This document shows positions 53,475 to 62,694 of a stretch of 64,000 bases of DNA, piece after piece. The notes beneath the pieces are model-generated. The model did no database searches and had not been told where the DNA came from. It saw only the letters and a program-made list of their open reading frames with translations. Position numbers and translations under genes: made by a program. Every line of letters starts with the position of its first letter. Position 1 is the first letter of the stretch. The stretch is from an uncultured Amphritea sp. (lineage in GTDB: Bacteria; Pseudomonadota; Gammaproteobacteria; Pseudomonadales; Balneatricaceae), in contig OZ223297.1 of NCBI GenBank assembly GCA_965140695.1, positions 2,218,325 to 2,282,324 of the forward strand. The letters are read 5' to 3'.

Positions 53475-53687
53475 ATGAACGAACTAGCCGTAAATTTTCA
53501 AACGCGTAATACCTACCCCCGCAGTCAGCAAACCCTGCTGATGCAGGCTGCCCGTTATGGCGATCTGGTTGAGATGTTGTTAAACGCCGGTGCTGATACC
53601 TCACTGATGACACCGGATGACGTCACCGCATTGGAGCTGGTCGCTAATCGGAAGATCATGCGCTTGTTGCGTCACCATCAATCCTGA
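53475..53687 (+). CDS. Short ankyrin-repeat protein, possibly truncated
   Basis: TLLMQAARYG..VEMLLNAGAD...DDVTALEL; about 1.5 repeats. Confidence 0.6.
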   Translation: MNELAVNFQTRNTYPRSQQTLLMQAARYGDLVEMLLNAGADTSLMTPDDVTALELVANRKIMRLLRHHQS

Positions 53688-53725
53688 AAATGATTTTTGA
53701 CTACGAGTAAGAGGAAGATAAGCCG

Positions 53726-54046
53726 ATGAATACTGAAGATAAAATTCGTAAACAGCTAGCCGAGAATCCGGTTTTAATCTATATGAAGGGCACCCCGAAA
53801 GAGCCAAAATGCGGTTTTTCCCGCAATGCGGTGAATGCTCTGGCAGAGCTGGGTGCAACCTATAGTTATATCAATGTTCTGGAATCACCCTTTATCCGCG
53901 AAAAACTGCCCTCTGTTTCCGACTGGCCGACCTTTCCACAACTGTTCATCAAGGGTGAACTGGTGGGCGGTTCTGATGTGGTTTGTGAAATGGTCGCGGA
54001 TGGCAGCCTGAAGCAGATGCTTGATCAGGTCGGGGAACTGGCATGA
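53726..54046 (+). CDS. grxD: Monothiol glutaredoxin (CGFS; Grx5nif position)
   Basis: MKGTP..PKCGFS and WPTFPQLFIKGELVGG motifs. Confidence 0.92.
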   Translation: MNTEDKIRKQLAENPVLIYMKGTPKEPKCGFSRNAVNALAELGATYSYINVLESPFIREKLPSVSDWPTFPQLFIKGELVGGSDVVCEMVADGSLKQMLDQVGELA

Positions 54047-54315
54047 TCAGCAAAGAACAGGTCAGCCAGATTGTCATGGCTGAGTTTCCCGATTCCGAAC
54101 TGGATATTAGCGGCGAAGAGTGTGATCTGACCCTGCGGGTGATTAGTGAATCCTTTGCCGGCGTGTCTCCGGTTGAGCGACAGAAGTGGGTGTTAAACCT
54201 GTTTCAACAGCAACTGAAAAGCGGCGCACTGCATGCGTTAACCGTTAAAGCTTACACCCTGCAGCAGTTCACTGACCTGCAGAACCAGTTTCTGGTGCAG
54301 CTGGAAAACGACTGA
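54043..54315 (+). CDS. BolA family protein
   Basis: VISESFAGVSPVERQ and LHALTVKA motifs; overlaps the grx stop. Confidence 0.85.
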   Translation: MISKEQVSQIVMAEFPDSELDISGEECDLTLRVISESFAGVSPVERQKWVLNLFQQQLKSGALHALTVKAYTLQQFTDLQNQFLVQLEND

Positions 54316-54328
54316 GGAGTATTATGGT

Positions 54329-54649
54329 ATGAATGATGAAAACCTGTTTGATGAGCAGTTTCTGGATGTCACCAATAAACTGATTGAGATCGCCAATGAG
54401 ATGGGCGAAAAATATGGCGAACATAAAGCCAGTGTGGCCTTTATCTATGCGGCGGCCCGTTACAATGGTTACATTGCTGCCAGCAGTGTCACCAGCGCTG
54501 AAGAGTTAGAATCCAAACGCGAAAAAGCGGTAGAGTATTTCACCGACCGGTTCCGGCAGCTCTACGATGGCAACCTGCAGGAGTATGTTGCTAACTTTGA
54601 TGAATATATGGGAAAGGCGAAAGAGGGCTCCTCTGCAGCCAATGGCTGA
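54329..54649 (+). CDS. DUF3144-like protein (copy 2)
   Basis: LIEIAN...SVAFIYAAARYN motif shared with 32092-32355. Confidence 0.7.
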   Translation: MNDENLFDEQFLDVTNKLIEIANEMGEKYGEHKASVAFIYAAARYNGYIAASSVTSAEELESKREKAVEYFTDRFRQLYDGNLQEYVANFDEYMGKAKEGSSAANG

Positions 54650-54651
54650 TC

Positions 54652-54800
54652 TGTCCGTTGTCCTACATTCAGCGTCAGTCAACCTCTGACGCTGAAGTTA
54701 CTTCTGCTACAAAAAACTTTGTCACAAATCCCTCAATTTCAGATTCTTAAAGCGTTAACTCTTTAAAATCAATCGCTTAATCAGTGGTTCGTTTCTTGCT
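54652..54800 (+). promoter_or_regulatory. NifA-like site (54652-54667), hairpin (54668-54696) and sigma54 promoter (54785-54800) for fesII
   Basis: TGT-CCGTTGTCCT-ACA; TTCAGCGTCAG/CTGACGCTGAA stem; TGGTTCGTTTCTTGCT. Confidence 0.65.
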
Positions 54801-54841
54801 GTATACCAGACTCCATTAATATATATGTGAGGGGCTATCTA

Positions 54842-55210
54842 ATGGCCAATGTTTATTTTTCATCACCTATCATGTCGAAAAATATGAAGGTAGAAGCGGT
54901 TGCCGGTAAGCGTAACACCCTGCTGGGTCTTGCGAAGGAACACAATGTCAAAATTCCACGGGAGTGCGAAGATGGCCAGTGTGGTTCATGCCTGGTTAAA
55001 GTGACCCACCTTGATGGTTTTCGCGTGAAAGGGATGATGCTGACTGACAAAGAGAAAAACGTGCTGAAATCGATCGGTAAACTACCTAAATCTGAACAGG
55101 AGCGGGCCGAGGTGAAAGACCTGCCTCCAACTTATCGCCTGGCCTGCCAGACCATCGTCACCGATGAAGACCTGCTGGTAGAGTTTACCGGCGAGCCCGG
55201 CGGCGCTTAA
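54842..55210 (+). CDS. fesII: Shethna protein II, [2Fe-2S] nitrogenase oxygen-protection protein
   Basis: Near-collinear with recalled A. vinelandii FeSII: YFSSP..AVAGKR.TLLG...CGSCLVK.THLDG...[29 protein letters not shown]. Confidence 0.93.
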   Translation: MANVYFSSPIMSKNMKVEAVAGKRNTLLGLAKEHNVKIPRECEDGQCGSCLVKVTHLDGFRVKGMMLTDKEKNVLKSIGKLPKSEQERAEVKDLPPTYRLACQTIVTDEDLLVEFTGEPGGA

Positions 55211-55266
55211 TCCCGCGCTTGTTGGGCTCTAAGAAAATCGGAAGGAGGCATTCTTCCGATTTTTCA

Positions 55267-56189
55267 CTCGTTCCCACGCTCCCGCGTGGAAATGCAGATC
55301 TGGTTATCAGGTTTGATACACTTTTTGAGCTCGTTCCCACGCTCCTGCGTGGGAACGTATACCTTGCTACCATGCCCGACAAATTTCTAATAATCCAGCA
55401 GCACCAGCGTAATCTTTTGCGCTGGAGTAACGCCAATGCTCGGCTTCATCCACATAACCTCGCTTTACCAGATTCTGGTGAATATATTCGATCTTTTGTA
55501 GCATCATATCCTCACTTAGAATCAGCTCTGGATGTACGCCTTCCTGCCAGAATTGATAAGCCCGGTCAGTTTTATGGGCTTTTTTATAAAAAGCCAGTTG
55601 ATCCAGAATTTGCCTGATATTGCGTTCTGCGAGATATTGAATCAGTTGTTTCGCTGTCCATGACTTGAGTCGTGCTATGTCATGATCCAGTGCATTGCTT
55701 TGCAGAACAAGGTGACAGTGGTTTTCTAAAATCACCCAGGCATAAACTTTGAGGCCATCTTTGCTTAAAAAGCGCAGGGCATCGAGAAGAACATTGACGG
55801 TGTCAGGGCGTGTGAACACCGGAATCCAGTGCAACACCGTCAGGGTGACGAAGTGTAGTTGCTGAGGTTCGGTTATTTTGTAACGGCTTCGACCCATTAT
55901 GCATGTTCCTTATGCATTCCCACGCGGGAGCATGGGAACGAGACAACGAGAAATCTGTATCCCTGGTCAGGCGGGTGACTGTTCAGTAGTCTATTGATCA
56001 TTACACAGATCGACATAACTGAAAAGTTAAGAGTAGGGCTGTTCTGTGTACTTAAAGCTCTGCAAGGAAGGATGAAAAAAAGAGCTCTTTCTATCACTCG
56101 TTCCCACGCTCCCGCGTGGGAATGGGCTCTCGTAGGGGGTGCAGGTGAACAGCAGGGCTCGTTCCCACGCTCCCGCGTGGGAATGCATA
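55267..56189. mobile_element. REPtron: RAYT gene with 5 REPs (55267, 55330, 56097, 56158 on +; 55911-55942 on -)
   Basis: REP copies on both sides of the transposase. Confidence 0.88.
55367..55897 (-). CDS. REP-associated tyrosine transposase (RAYT, Y1 HUH family)
   Basis: HFVTLT, VILENHCHLVL (HUH), FWQEG.H, IEYIHQNLV (catalytic Tyr) and HWRYSSA motifs. Confidence 0.9.
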   Translation of the reverse strand: MGRSRYKITEPQQLHFVTLTVLHWIPVFTRPDTVNVLLDALRFLSKDGLKVYAWVILENHCHLVLQSNALDHDIARLKSWTAKQLIQYLAERNIRQILDQLAFYKKAHKTDRAYQFWQEGVHPELILSEDMMLQKIEYIHQNLVKRGYVDEAEHWRYSSAKDYAGAAGLLEICRAW

Positions 56190-56234
56190 CAAGTAATTTT
56201 TTCATCGGGTTACTTATTGAATACTCCATTTTCG

Positions 56235-57356
56235 TTATGCACTCAGAATGTTGTTTAACAGCGGTTTTATGCTGTTAATGACATCTTGTTGATGGGGCAT
56301 GATCTCCTGCTGACCCCATTGCGCAATCTCTTCACCAATCAGGTCTTTGATACCACTGCGGGTGTCGCTTAGCGCTTCAATTGTCGCCAGGCCACAGTAA
56401 GGAACATAGGTCTCTGAATAGCCCCCTTCATGGGTGAAGACCAGACGATCTGCGCATAGCTCTTTTGCACAATCCATCAGTGATTGGGTCATCACGCGAT
56501 AAGATTCGCTGTTGAGTATCATAGGCCCCAGAGGGTCGAGTGCTGAAGCATCAAAGCCACAGGCGACAATGATCAGATCGGGTTTAAAGTTGCGAAGCGC
56601 TGGAATTACAAGCTGTTCGATAACGCCCTGATAGGCTCCCGTTCCGCTACCTGCAGGCAGTGGAATATTCAGATTGTATCCAGTCCCTTTGCCTTTGCCC
56701 TGTTCTGCTACGGAACCTGAGTTTAGTGGGTAGTTGTTTTCGTGATGGATAGAGATAGTTAACACATCATCACGATCATAAAAGGCTTCCTGGGTACCAT
56801 TGCCATGGTGAACATCCCAATCCACAACCGCGACCCGGTTAACCAGCCCCTTATCCATTGCAGACAGGACAGCGATTGGGATATTGCCCAACAGACAGAA
56901 ACCACAGCCTTTGTCGCTTGAGGCATGATGTCCCGGTGGACGAGTGAGTACATAGGCGTTTTTTAACGTTCCTGTCAGCACCGCTTCGACAGCGTCAATC
57001 GCCATGCCCGCGGAAAGACAAGCGATCTCATAGGCACCTTTTGCGAAGGTAGCGCAGTCGCCAGCTTCTCCCGGCCCCTGAGAACTTGCAACCTCCAGCT
57101 GGTTGATATAGTTCTCCGTATGAAAACGCAGCAGGTCAGGTTTTAGTGCTTTTTCGGCCGACCTTCTGTCGAGCTGGTCTGAAATTCCACTGACGTCAAG
57201 CAGGTTTTTCAATCTGCGTTTTGTCTCTGCATTTTCATAGGCCGTCGCGGGCTGAAAATTTAACCCCATTGAATCAAACATGGAGTGGCTGCCAGGGTCA
57301 TGCCACATACATAGTTCGTGGTAATAGAAACCGGTTTTTTTAGTCTGATGGGTCAT
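56235..57356 (-). CDS. Class II histone deacetylase-family (acetylpolyamine amidohydrolase-like) enzyme
   Basis: RPPGHHA, GFCL, VDWDVHHGNGTQ, GFDA..DPLG and HEGGY motifs. Confidence 0.92.
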   Translation of the reverse strand: MTHQTKKTGFYYHELCMWHDPGSHSMFDSMGLNFQPATAYENAETKRRLKNLLDVSGISDQLDRRSAEKALKPDLLRFHTENYINQLEVASSQGPGEAGDCATFAKGAYEIACLSAGMAIDAVEAVLTGTLKNAYVLTRPPGHHASSDKGCGFCLLGNIPIAVLSAMDKGLVNRVAVVDWDVHHGNGTQEAFYDRDDVLTISIHHENNYPLNSGSVAEQGKGKGTGYNLNIPLPAGSGTGAYQGVIEQLVIPALRNFKPDLIIVACGFDASALDPLGPMILNSESYRVMTQSLMDCAKELCADRLVFTHEGGYSETYVPYCGLATIEALSDTRSGIKDLIGEEIAQWGQQEIMPHQQDVINSIKPLLNNILSA

Positions 57357-57936
57357 TAGATATTCCTGCATAAGTAACACATAAAATTCGATTAAGAGAA
57401 TTAACCTTCAGGGGACAATGTTGAGATAATATAATCTGAGATTAATGGTTTTTATTAATTGTTTAGTAAGCTGAGTGTTTTTAATAAATGGAGTTAAAAG
57501 TTTTTAATTTTTTATTCAGAGAGTAAAAGTATTTAGTCCGGTTTTTTATTTAAATTTAATGTTTTTAAATGATTGCTGCTGCACTAACAGGGTCGAATCC
57601 GAAAGGAAAAGAGTCATACCTTATCAGTGACGGGTAGGTACTTAAAAGGCTATAGAGACTGAGCAATACCCCGGTATCTGTTATCACGGGTTAATGATAT
57701 ATTTGCGCCGGGGTCTGCATTTTCAGGAAGTGTTGTTGCCAATAAATAATTGATCGTTATCGATTTTATTGTGCTCTTCATCTTGTAAACTCTCTTATCC
57801 TGTTGTAACTCCATCTTTGCAGAATTATCAGGATTAGAAAATACCTCAATTTCATTACTAAACTAAAAAAACAGTAGAAAATAGTTTGATTTAAAACGAT
57901 TATGTTCATTAGAAAGATTAATCAGGAGAGCGTGTA

Positions 57937-58728
57937 ATGCTTCAGATACCAGATGACTGGCATAGACATGCTGCAGACGTTGTAACGGCCATTGGTAGCA
58001 ATAGCTTTCCTCAGAAAGTCATTGACGCTATTAACGTTGTTGTCCCTTATAATCAGATTGTTATCATCTCAATTCCTAAATCCCAGTCACCAACATTCTG
58101 GATTTCGCAGGTACCTGAGGGAAGAGAAAAGGCCGTTGTAGACCAGTATCTGAACGGCTGCTACCTGCTTGACCCCTGGTATCATGCTTTTCAGAAAGGC
58201 CTTGAATCGGGTGTCTATTTTCTTGAGGATATTGCCCCCGATGACTTTTACAACAGTGCATACTACTGGCAGTACTTCAAAGCGATAGAGATTGAAAATG
58301 AGGCGGTTATCGCTGTTAATCTGGATACTGAAATACAGATTCAGATCTCAATGGGGATTCTTGAAAAGGTGGCCAGTCAGGAAACGCGCAACAAGCTGGC
58401 ACTGATCACCCCCTTTATCATTGCGGCATCTAAAAAGCACTGGAACGATCTCAACTACTTCCCTGAAACCTTTATTGAGAAGGACAGAGTGATACATAAT
58501 CATGTTACCGGTGTCCTGAATAATTTTGGCAGCGGTCAGTTAACCAATCGTGAAAGAGAGATCGCCATTCTGATAATCAGAGGCTATTCCCTCAGAGCGA
58601 TGTCTGACATGCTGGGGATCGCAATGGGTACCATTAAGGTTCACTGTAAGAACCTGTACAAAAAACTTGATATAAGCTCACAATCTGAGTTATTCGCTAT
58701 CTTTCTCGAAGAGATCAGCAGTCCCTGA
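57937..58728 (+). CDS. LuxR-type HTH regulator
   Basis: LTNRERE..G.....GTIKVHCKNLYKKL; divergent from the deacetylase. Confidence 0.9.
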   Translation: MLQIPDDWHRHAADVVTAIGSNSFPQKVIDAINVVVPYNQIVIISIPKSQSPTFWISQVPEGREKAVVDQYLNGCYLLDPWYHAFQKGLESGVYFLEDIAPDDFYNSAYYWQYFKAIEIENEAVIAVNLDTEIQIQISMGILEKVASQETRNKLALITPFIIAASKKHWNDLNYFPETFIEKDRVIHNHVTGVLNNFGSGQLTNREREIAILIIRGYSLRAMSDMLGIAMGTIKVHCKNLYKKLDISSQSELFAIFLEEISSP

Positions 58729-58924
58729 GTGAAGAGTAGGGCAGAGTCAGCAATATCAACCCACTGCTCCCTCCTGCTATGACTTCCGGGTTCGAGGCAA
58801 GTTGCTTCCTGCAATGCTGAACGCAGTGTTCAGAAATCATCGCCAGGTTTATCTGAGCCGTTGTCTGTTCGGTTTAAGAGAGCTGTTAGAGGCTTCGCTT
58901 GCCAGAAAAAGCGGAAGAGCGTCA

Positions 58925-58956
58925 CTCGTTCCCATGCTCCAGCGTGGGAATGCAGA
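58925..58956 (+). repeat. Solo degenerate REP
   Basis: CTCGTTCCCATGCTCCAGCGTGGGAATGCAGA. Confidence 0.85.
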
Positions 58957-59147
58957 TATCGCTCCCGATCAAAGGGTCAGAGTCAATGATCCAGAATCTA
59001 CAATGATGAGCCATTTATGGATTGGGCCTGGACTTTGTAAATGGACATCTCACCGGCAAAATTGTTATAAACTGTGGCAGAATGATTTTACTTTAACCTC
59101 AAATCGGTTATCTTCTTCACTCCTCAAAAATCACCCTCACAAGGACA

Positions 59148-61043
59148 GTGAGTATGTTACACCCTATGGACAGGGCTCGGTTATGTAGTGGCAGCGATCT
59201 GACTGCCGAAAAACTTCCCTATGTTCTCCGACCACAGAATGCTCTGAATACTGCCCAACGAATGTGGGCCAATGAGTTTGAACGCTCCAGACTTGTTCGT
59301 TTTGACCCTGTATCCCGGCATACCCGCCACAACAGACGCTTGCCTTTCCCTTCTTCCTTGCAAAACGCTATCCGTACCGGCCAGTTGATACTGCTGCTGG
59401 ATGATGCCCGCATGATTACGGCACCGGTTGTCAGTCAGCGAAATGGTGAGCTGCAAACATCCGGGTTAGAACGGGAATCACTGATGTTTCGCACCACCAT
59501 CGAACGGGCGATGAAACGCAGTAGTTTCAGCAGTGGCCGCGTAGGTCGCGCAGATATAATCCCAGAAGTTCCGATGAGTTTTGCCGATAGCATCGACGTC
59601 AACAACAGATATCTGCTGGGCGAAGACAAGCAAGCCAAAGAGAAGCAGTACTGCGTAGACCTTCAGTGTGTCTGGGATAATGGCGAGTCAGTAGGAGAGA
59701 TTCCGCTGCTACTAACGTTTGATACTGGAGAAGTGCAGCGACATATACTGCCAGCCAATGGTCATCTGGTCGTAGAGGGGGCACCCTCCGCCAGTTATAA
59801 AGCACAGCTCAAACCTGATGAGGATGACACATCAGCACTTCGTATCTCGATTCAGGAAACCTTAGCTGCCATCATTGAGAAAGAAAAAGCCGAAGCGGCA
59901 ATGCATCAGTCATTGCAAGATCAGATGGATGTTGTTGACAATGTTGTGGTGCATACCGGTGCTGTGATGTGGGGTGTGTGGAGCTGGGCAAAAGATACGG
60001 TCGAAGCACTTAATGCTACGGCCAGACTAGTCACACCCGCTGGGAACTTAAGCAGAGCATTGCAAGCATCCTATGCTGCCAGCCAGGCCGGACCTGAATC
60101 CACATGGCAGGAAACGTTTCTTAAAAGCTATAGTGACCAGCAACACGAAGATTTTCTAAAAGCCTTAGGTTTTGATCCTTTACAAATTACTAAAGCACAG
60201 CTGGCAGAAGCTTATGAAATAGCCAATTTCGTGTATGAGGATGCCCCTACGCGAGCAGCTCTGACCAAGTTTTCAGAAGACTACGTTAAAGCTCAGGATA
60301 GTGTTGAGCTTGCCGAGTCGCTGGCTCCTGCGGTATTAGATATCATTCTGACGGTTGTACTGACAGCGACAACCGCCGTTGGAGGGACTGTTATTGTTGC
60401 CAGGGCGGGTCAATCGCTTTTCAGACAACTGGGTAGATTATTAGTCAGTCTTGGTAAGGCGTTGAAAAAGTCTGAACTTTCAAAACGCATCGTCAGCAAG
60501 CTGAGTAACAAGCCTGAGAGATTCGAAATACGGCGTCCCCAAGCCCAGAAATTGTCAGAGCCTAAGCGGGTTGAGGGGAATGGTAATAATGGTACGATGG
60601 GAGGGCAGAGTGTTGTTCCAGGTACTGAGCTACTGAGGGTAAAACCGGGTACCTTAAGAGGTGAGCCTGAATTGCCTCATCCAAACGCGAATGCTGATAT
60701 GGTGCGTTCTCTAAATAGGCAAAATGAATCAGCAGAAATTTTGTCGAATCGAGGATTTGATGTAACGCATTTACCGAATACGGGACGGAAAGGAGGTAAC
60801 CCTGATTTAGATATCAATGGGAGGGCAGCAGATGTGTATTCTCCGAAGTCTAAAAACCCGAATACTATTAGGGATAATATGATTCATAAGGTTGAGCACC
60901 AAGCACCTGACATAGTTTTGAATATTACTGATTCTCCTTTGTCTGTAGAAGACATGTTGAGGTTTTTAGATCAAAAGCCGGTGAGCGGTTTACAAAACCT
61001 ATATCTGATTGATGGTGAAAACGTTTTGTTGAGGAAGTTTTAA
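59148..61043 (+). CDS. Putative polymorphic toxin with C-terminal CdiA-CT-like PD-(D/E)XK nuclease
   Basis: C-terminus RQNESAEIL...NPDLDINGRAADVYSP...HQA..IVLN; hydrophobic DIILTVVLTATTAVGG; FIX-like segment near aa 170-225. Confidence 0.7.
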   Translation: MSMLHPMDRARLCSGSDLTAEKLPYVLRPQNALNTAQRMWANEFERSRLVRFDPVSRHTRHNRRLPFPSSLQNAIRTGQLILLLDDARMITAPVVSQRNGELQTSGLERESLMFRTTIERAMKRSSFSSGRVGRADIIPEVPMSFADSIDVNNRYLLGEDKQAKEKQYCVDLQCVWDNGESVGEIPLLLTFDTGEVQRHILPANGHLVVEGAPSASYKAQLKPDEDDTSALRISIQETLAAIIEKEKAEAAMHQSLQDQMDVVDNVVVHTGAVMWGVWSWAKDTVEALNATARLVTPAGNLSRALQASYAASQAGPESTWQETFLKSYSDQQHEDFLKALGFDPLQITKAQLAEAYEIANFVYEDAPTRAALTKFSEDYVKAQDSVELAESLAPAVLDIILTVVLTATTAVGGTVIVARAGQSLFRQLGRLLVSLGKALKKSELSKRIVSKLSNKPERFEIRRPQAQKLSEPKRVEGNGNNGTMGGQSVVPGTELLRVKPGTLRGEPELPHPNANADMVRSLNRQNESAEILSNRGFDVTHLPNTGRKGGNPDLDINGRAADVYSPKSKNPNTIRDNMIHKVEHQAPDIVLNITDSPLSVEDMLRFLDQKPVSGLQNLYLIDGENVLLRKF

Positions 61044-61044
61044 A

Positions 61045-61434
61045 ATGACAATGACTCTTAATTTAGAAGTTGCTCAGGGCGTTAGGCTTGAAGATATAAA
61101 AGATTCTTTAGCTGGTGTTGAGTTTTCTAACTTATCTGAGGTGGAAGATGGGTTTTCTGTCATATTGCCCAATACACATGTGTTGATGTCGGTTAAAACG
61201 AACCTTGAAGATTCTCATGTATTAACCGAAGACTTGGAGGATGTTGGCTGGTCGGTAGGGTTGAGAGCATATTTTGACGTTGATCCCACTTTGCCTAATC
61301 CATTTGATGATGTGAAGAAGATTATTCGGAATTTGGAAGAACAAACTTCATTTGAATTTGCGTTGTCATTTCAATACGAATCTCTCTATGCACATAAAGG
61401 TCTTAACGGTCTCGAATTGAGTGATGACTTTTAA
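61045..61434 (+). CDS. Putative cognate immunity protein
   Basis: 129-aa highly acidic ORF starting 2 nt after the toxin stop. Confidence 0.65.
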   Translation: MTMTLNLEVAQGVRLEDIKDSLAGVEFSNLSEVEDGFSVILPNTHVLMSVKTNLEDSHVLTEDLEDVGWSVGLRAYFDVDPTLPNPFDDVKKIIRNLEEQTSFEFALSFQYESLYAHKGLNGLELSDDF

Positions 61435-61469
61435 CAAAGCATTTAACTGTGAATTTGGGCCACCCGCCG

Positions 61470-61604
61470 TGTAAGAATAGTTGTCGTGTGAATTGATCAG
61501 ACTAGTTTTGTTCGGTGGGCAGAAGTGAGAACTGTGTGGCGCGTTATTCAAAAGAGCACCGGGAGTGGGTATTAAGGCAGATGATGCCGCCCTTGAAATT
61601 GTGA
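61470..61604 (+). mobile_element. Possible IS3-family left-end remnant
   Basis: TGTAAGAATAGTTGTCG terminus-like sequence at 61470; GTG at 61536 reads VARYSKEHREWVLRQMMPP, resembling IS3 OrfA starts, then stops. Confidence 0.4.
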
Positions 61605-61747
61605 ATAAGTTCCTCATGTACTAATTCAGACTTTATCTCTCTGCCCTCAGTGTCCTCTGTGGTGAGCTTTTATATGCACGAAGCAGATTTGCACAGAGAA
61701 CACTGAAGTTGGTCACACAGATTTATTTACCGGGTTGGGATCATCTG

Positions 61748-62596
61748 TCAGGCCAGTTCAGTTTCGCCCATCGCGGCTTCAAGAAAGCTTTCCCAGGGCT
61801 GTTCGATAATCTGGATCTTTTTCAGTTTGCAAAAACGACGCTCTTTGTCGGTTGGCTCTTCTATAAAGACCCAGCCTGCGACTTCGCTGTCGGCGGCATA
61901 GATGATGTCACCCATCACCATGCGTTCGGTATCCCGGGTGAAGCGCATGCCGAGAAACAGGTACTGTTTGTTCTGACGGTAGAGCTTAATAAATTCTGGT
62001 ACGGCGAAACCACCCATCAGTTCGGTAATGTAATCAACAAAGTCGGCATCGGAGGCGATGAAGTTGGCTTCGGGCACCGGACAGCCCAGCGGTTTAAAGA
62101 GAATGGGCAGACCCGCCATCACTTTGCTCTGATCGATCCCGGTATATGTCTCACCATCAAAGTTAAATATCTTATAGCGGTAGTCTGTGCCTGCAACCCG
62201 GGAGAGGCCCTGTATCAGAATGTGCGGGCGGTTTTGATAGAGATCGATTAACTGGGTGTCCCGGTTTATATCCACCACCCAGCCTGGGTTTATATCAGCC
62301 AGCCATTGATGGAGTCTGGCGGTGGTCCATTGCTTATTCAGGTAGGTGTCATTAAAAAAGCGGGTGATAAAACTGCGGCCCTTTTTGTTCTCAAGGTTCA
62401 TCGCTGCGCGTGGAAATTCATACATCAGACGCGGGGCCATTGGCTGGCCACCGTTCATCGCCAGAATAAGACTGTCACTGTCGGCAGGCATCGGTGTGTG
62501 GTCTTCGACATTCGTTACATCTGCAAGCGCGCCCGCACCGAGGTAGGGGACAATCTTTCCCGATTTAAGTCCGTCTATTAATTCACTGTACATCAT
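61748..62596 (-). CDS. SIR2-like (SIR2_2) domain protein, nif-associated
   Basis: VPYLGAG, VVDINRD, LFKPLGCP..FIASDADFVDY and YLFLGMRF motifs; divergent from nifH. Confidence 0.8.
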   Translation of the reverse strand: MMYSELIDGLKSGKIVPYLGAGALADVTNVEDHTPMPADSDSLILAMNGGQPMAPRLMYEFPRAAMNLENKKGRSFITRFFNDTYLNKQWTTARLHQWLADINPGWVVDINRDTQLIDLYQNRPHILIQGLSRVAGTDYRYKIFNFDGETYTGIDQSKVMAGLPILFKPLGCPVPEANFIASDADFVDYITELMGGFAVPEFIKLYRQNKQYLFLGMRFTRDTERMVMGDIIYAADSEVAGWVFIEEPTDKERRFCKLKKIQIIEQPWESFLEAAMGETELA

Positions 62597-62694
62597 GTTC
62601 ACCCGTGGCTGATTAATTGGAGTATTTGGCTCTGTATCTCTGTGTGCAACAGACACTGAGCCTTATTAAGATAAATTGAGTTAACCAGAGCTAC

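Noticed and set aside
57585-57715. Riboswitch (TPP-like CTGAG..ATACCC, or c-di-GMP-like GAAA stem)
   Set aside because: Lacks the ACCTGA/CCAGCG TPP core and the GEMM consensus; would need cmscan to revive
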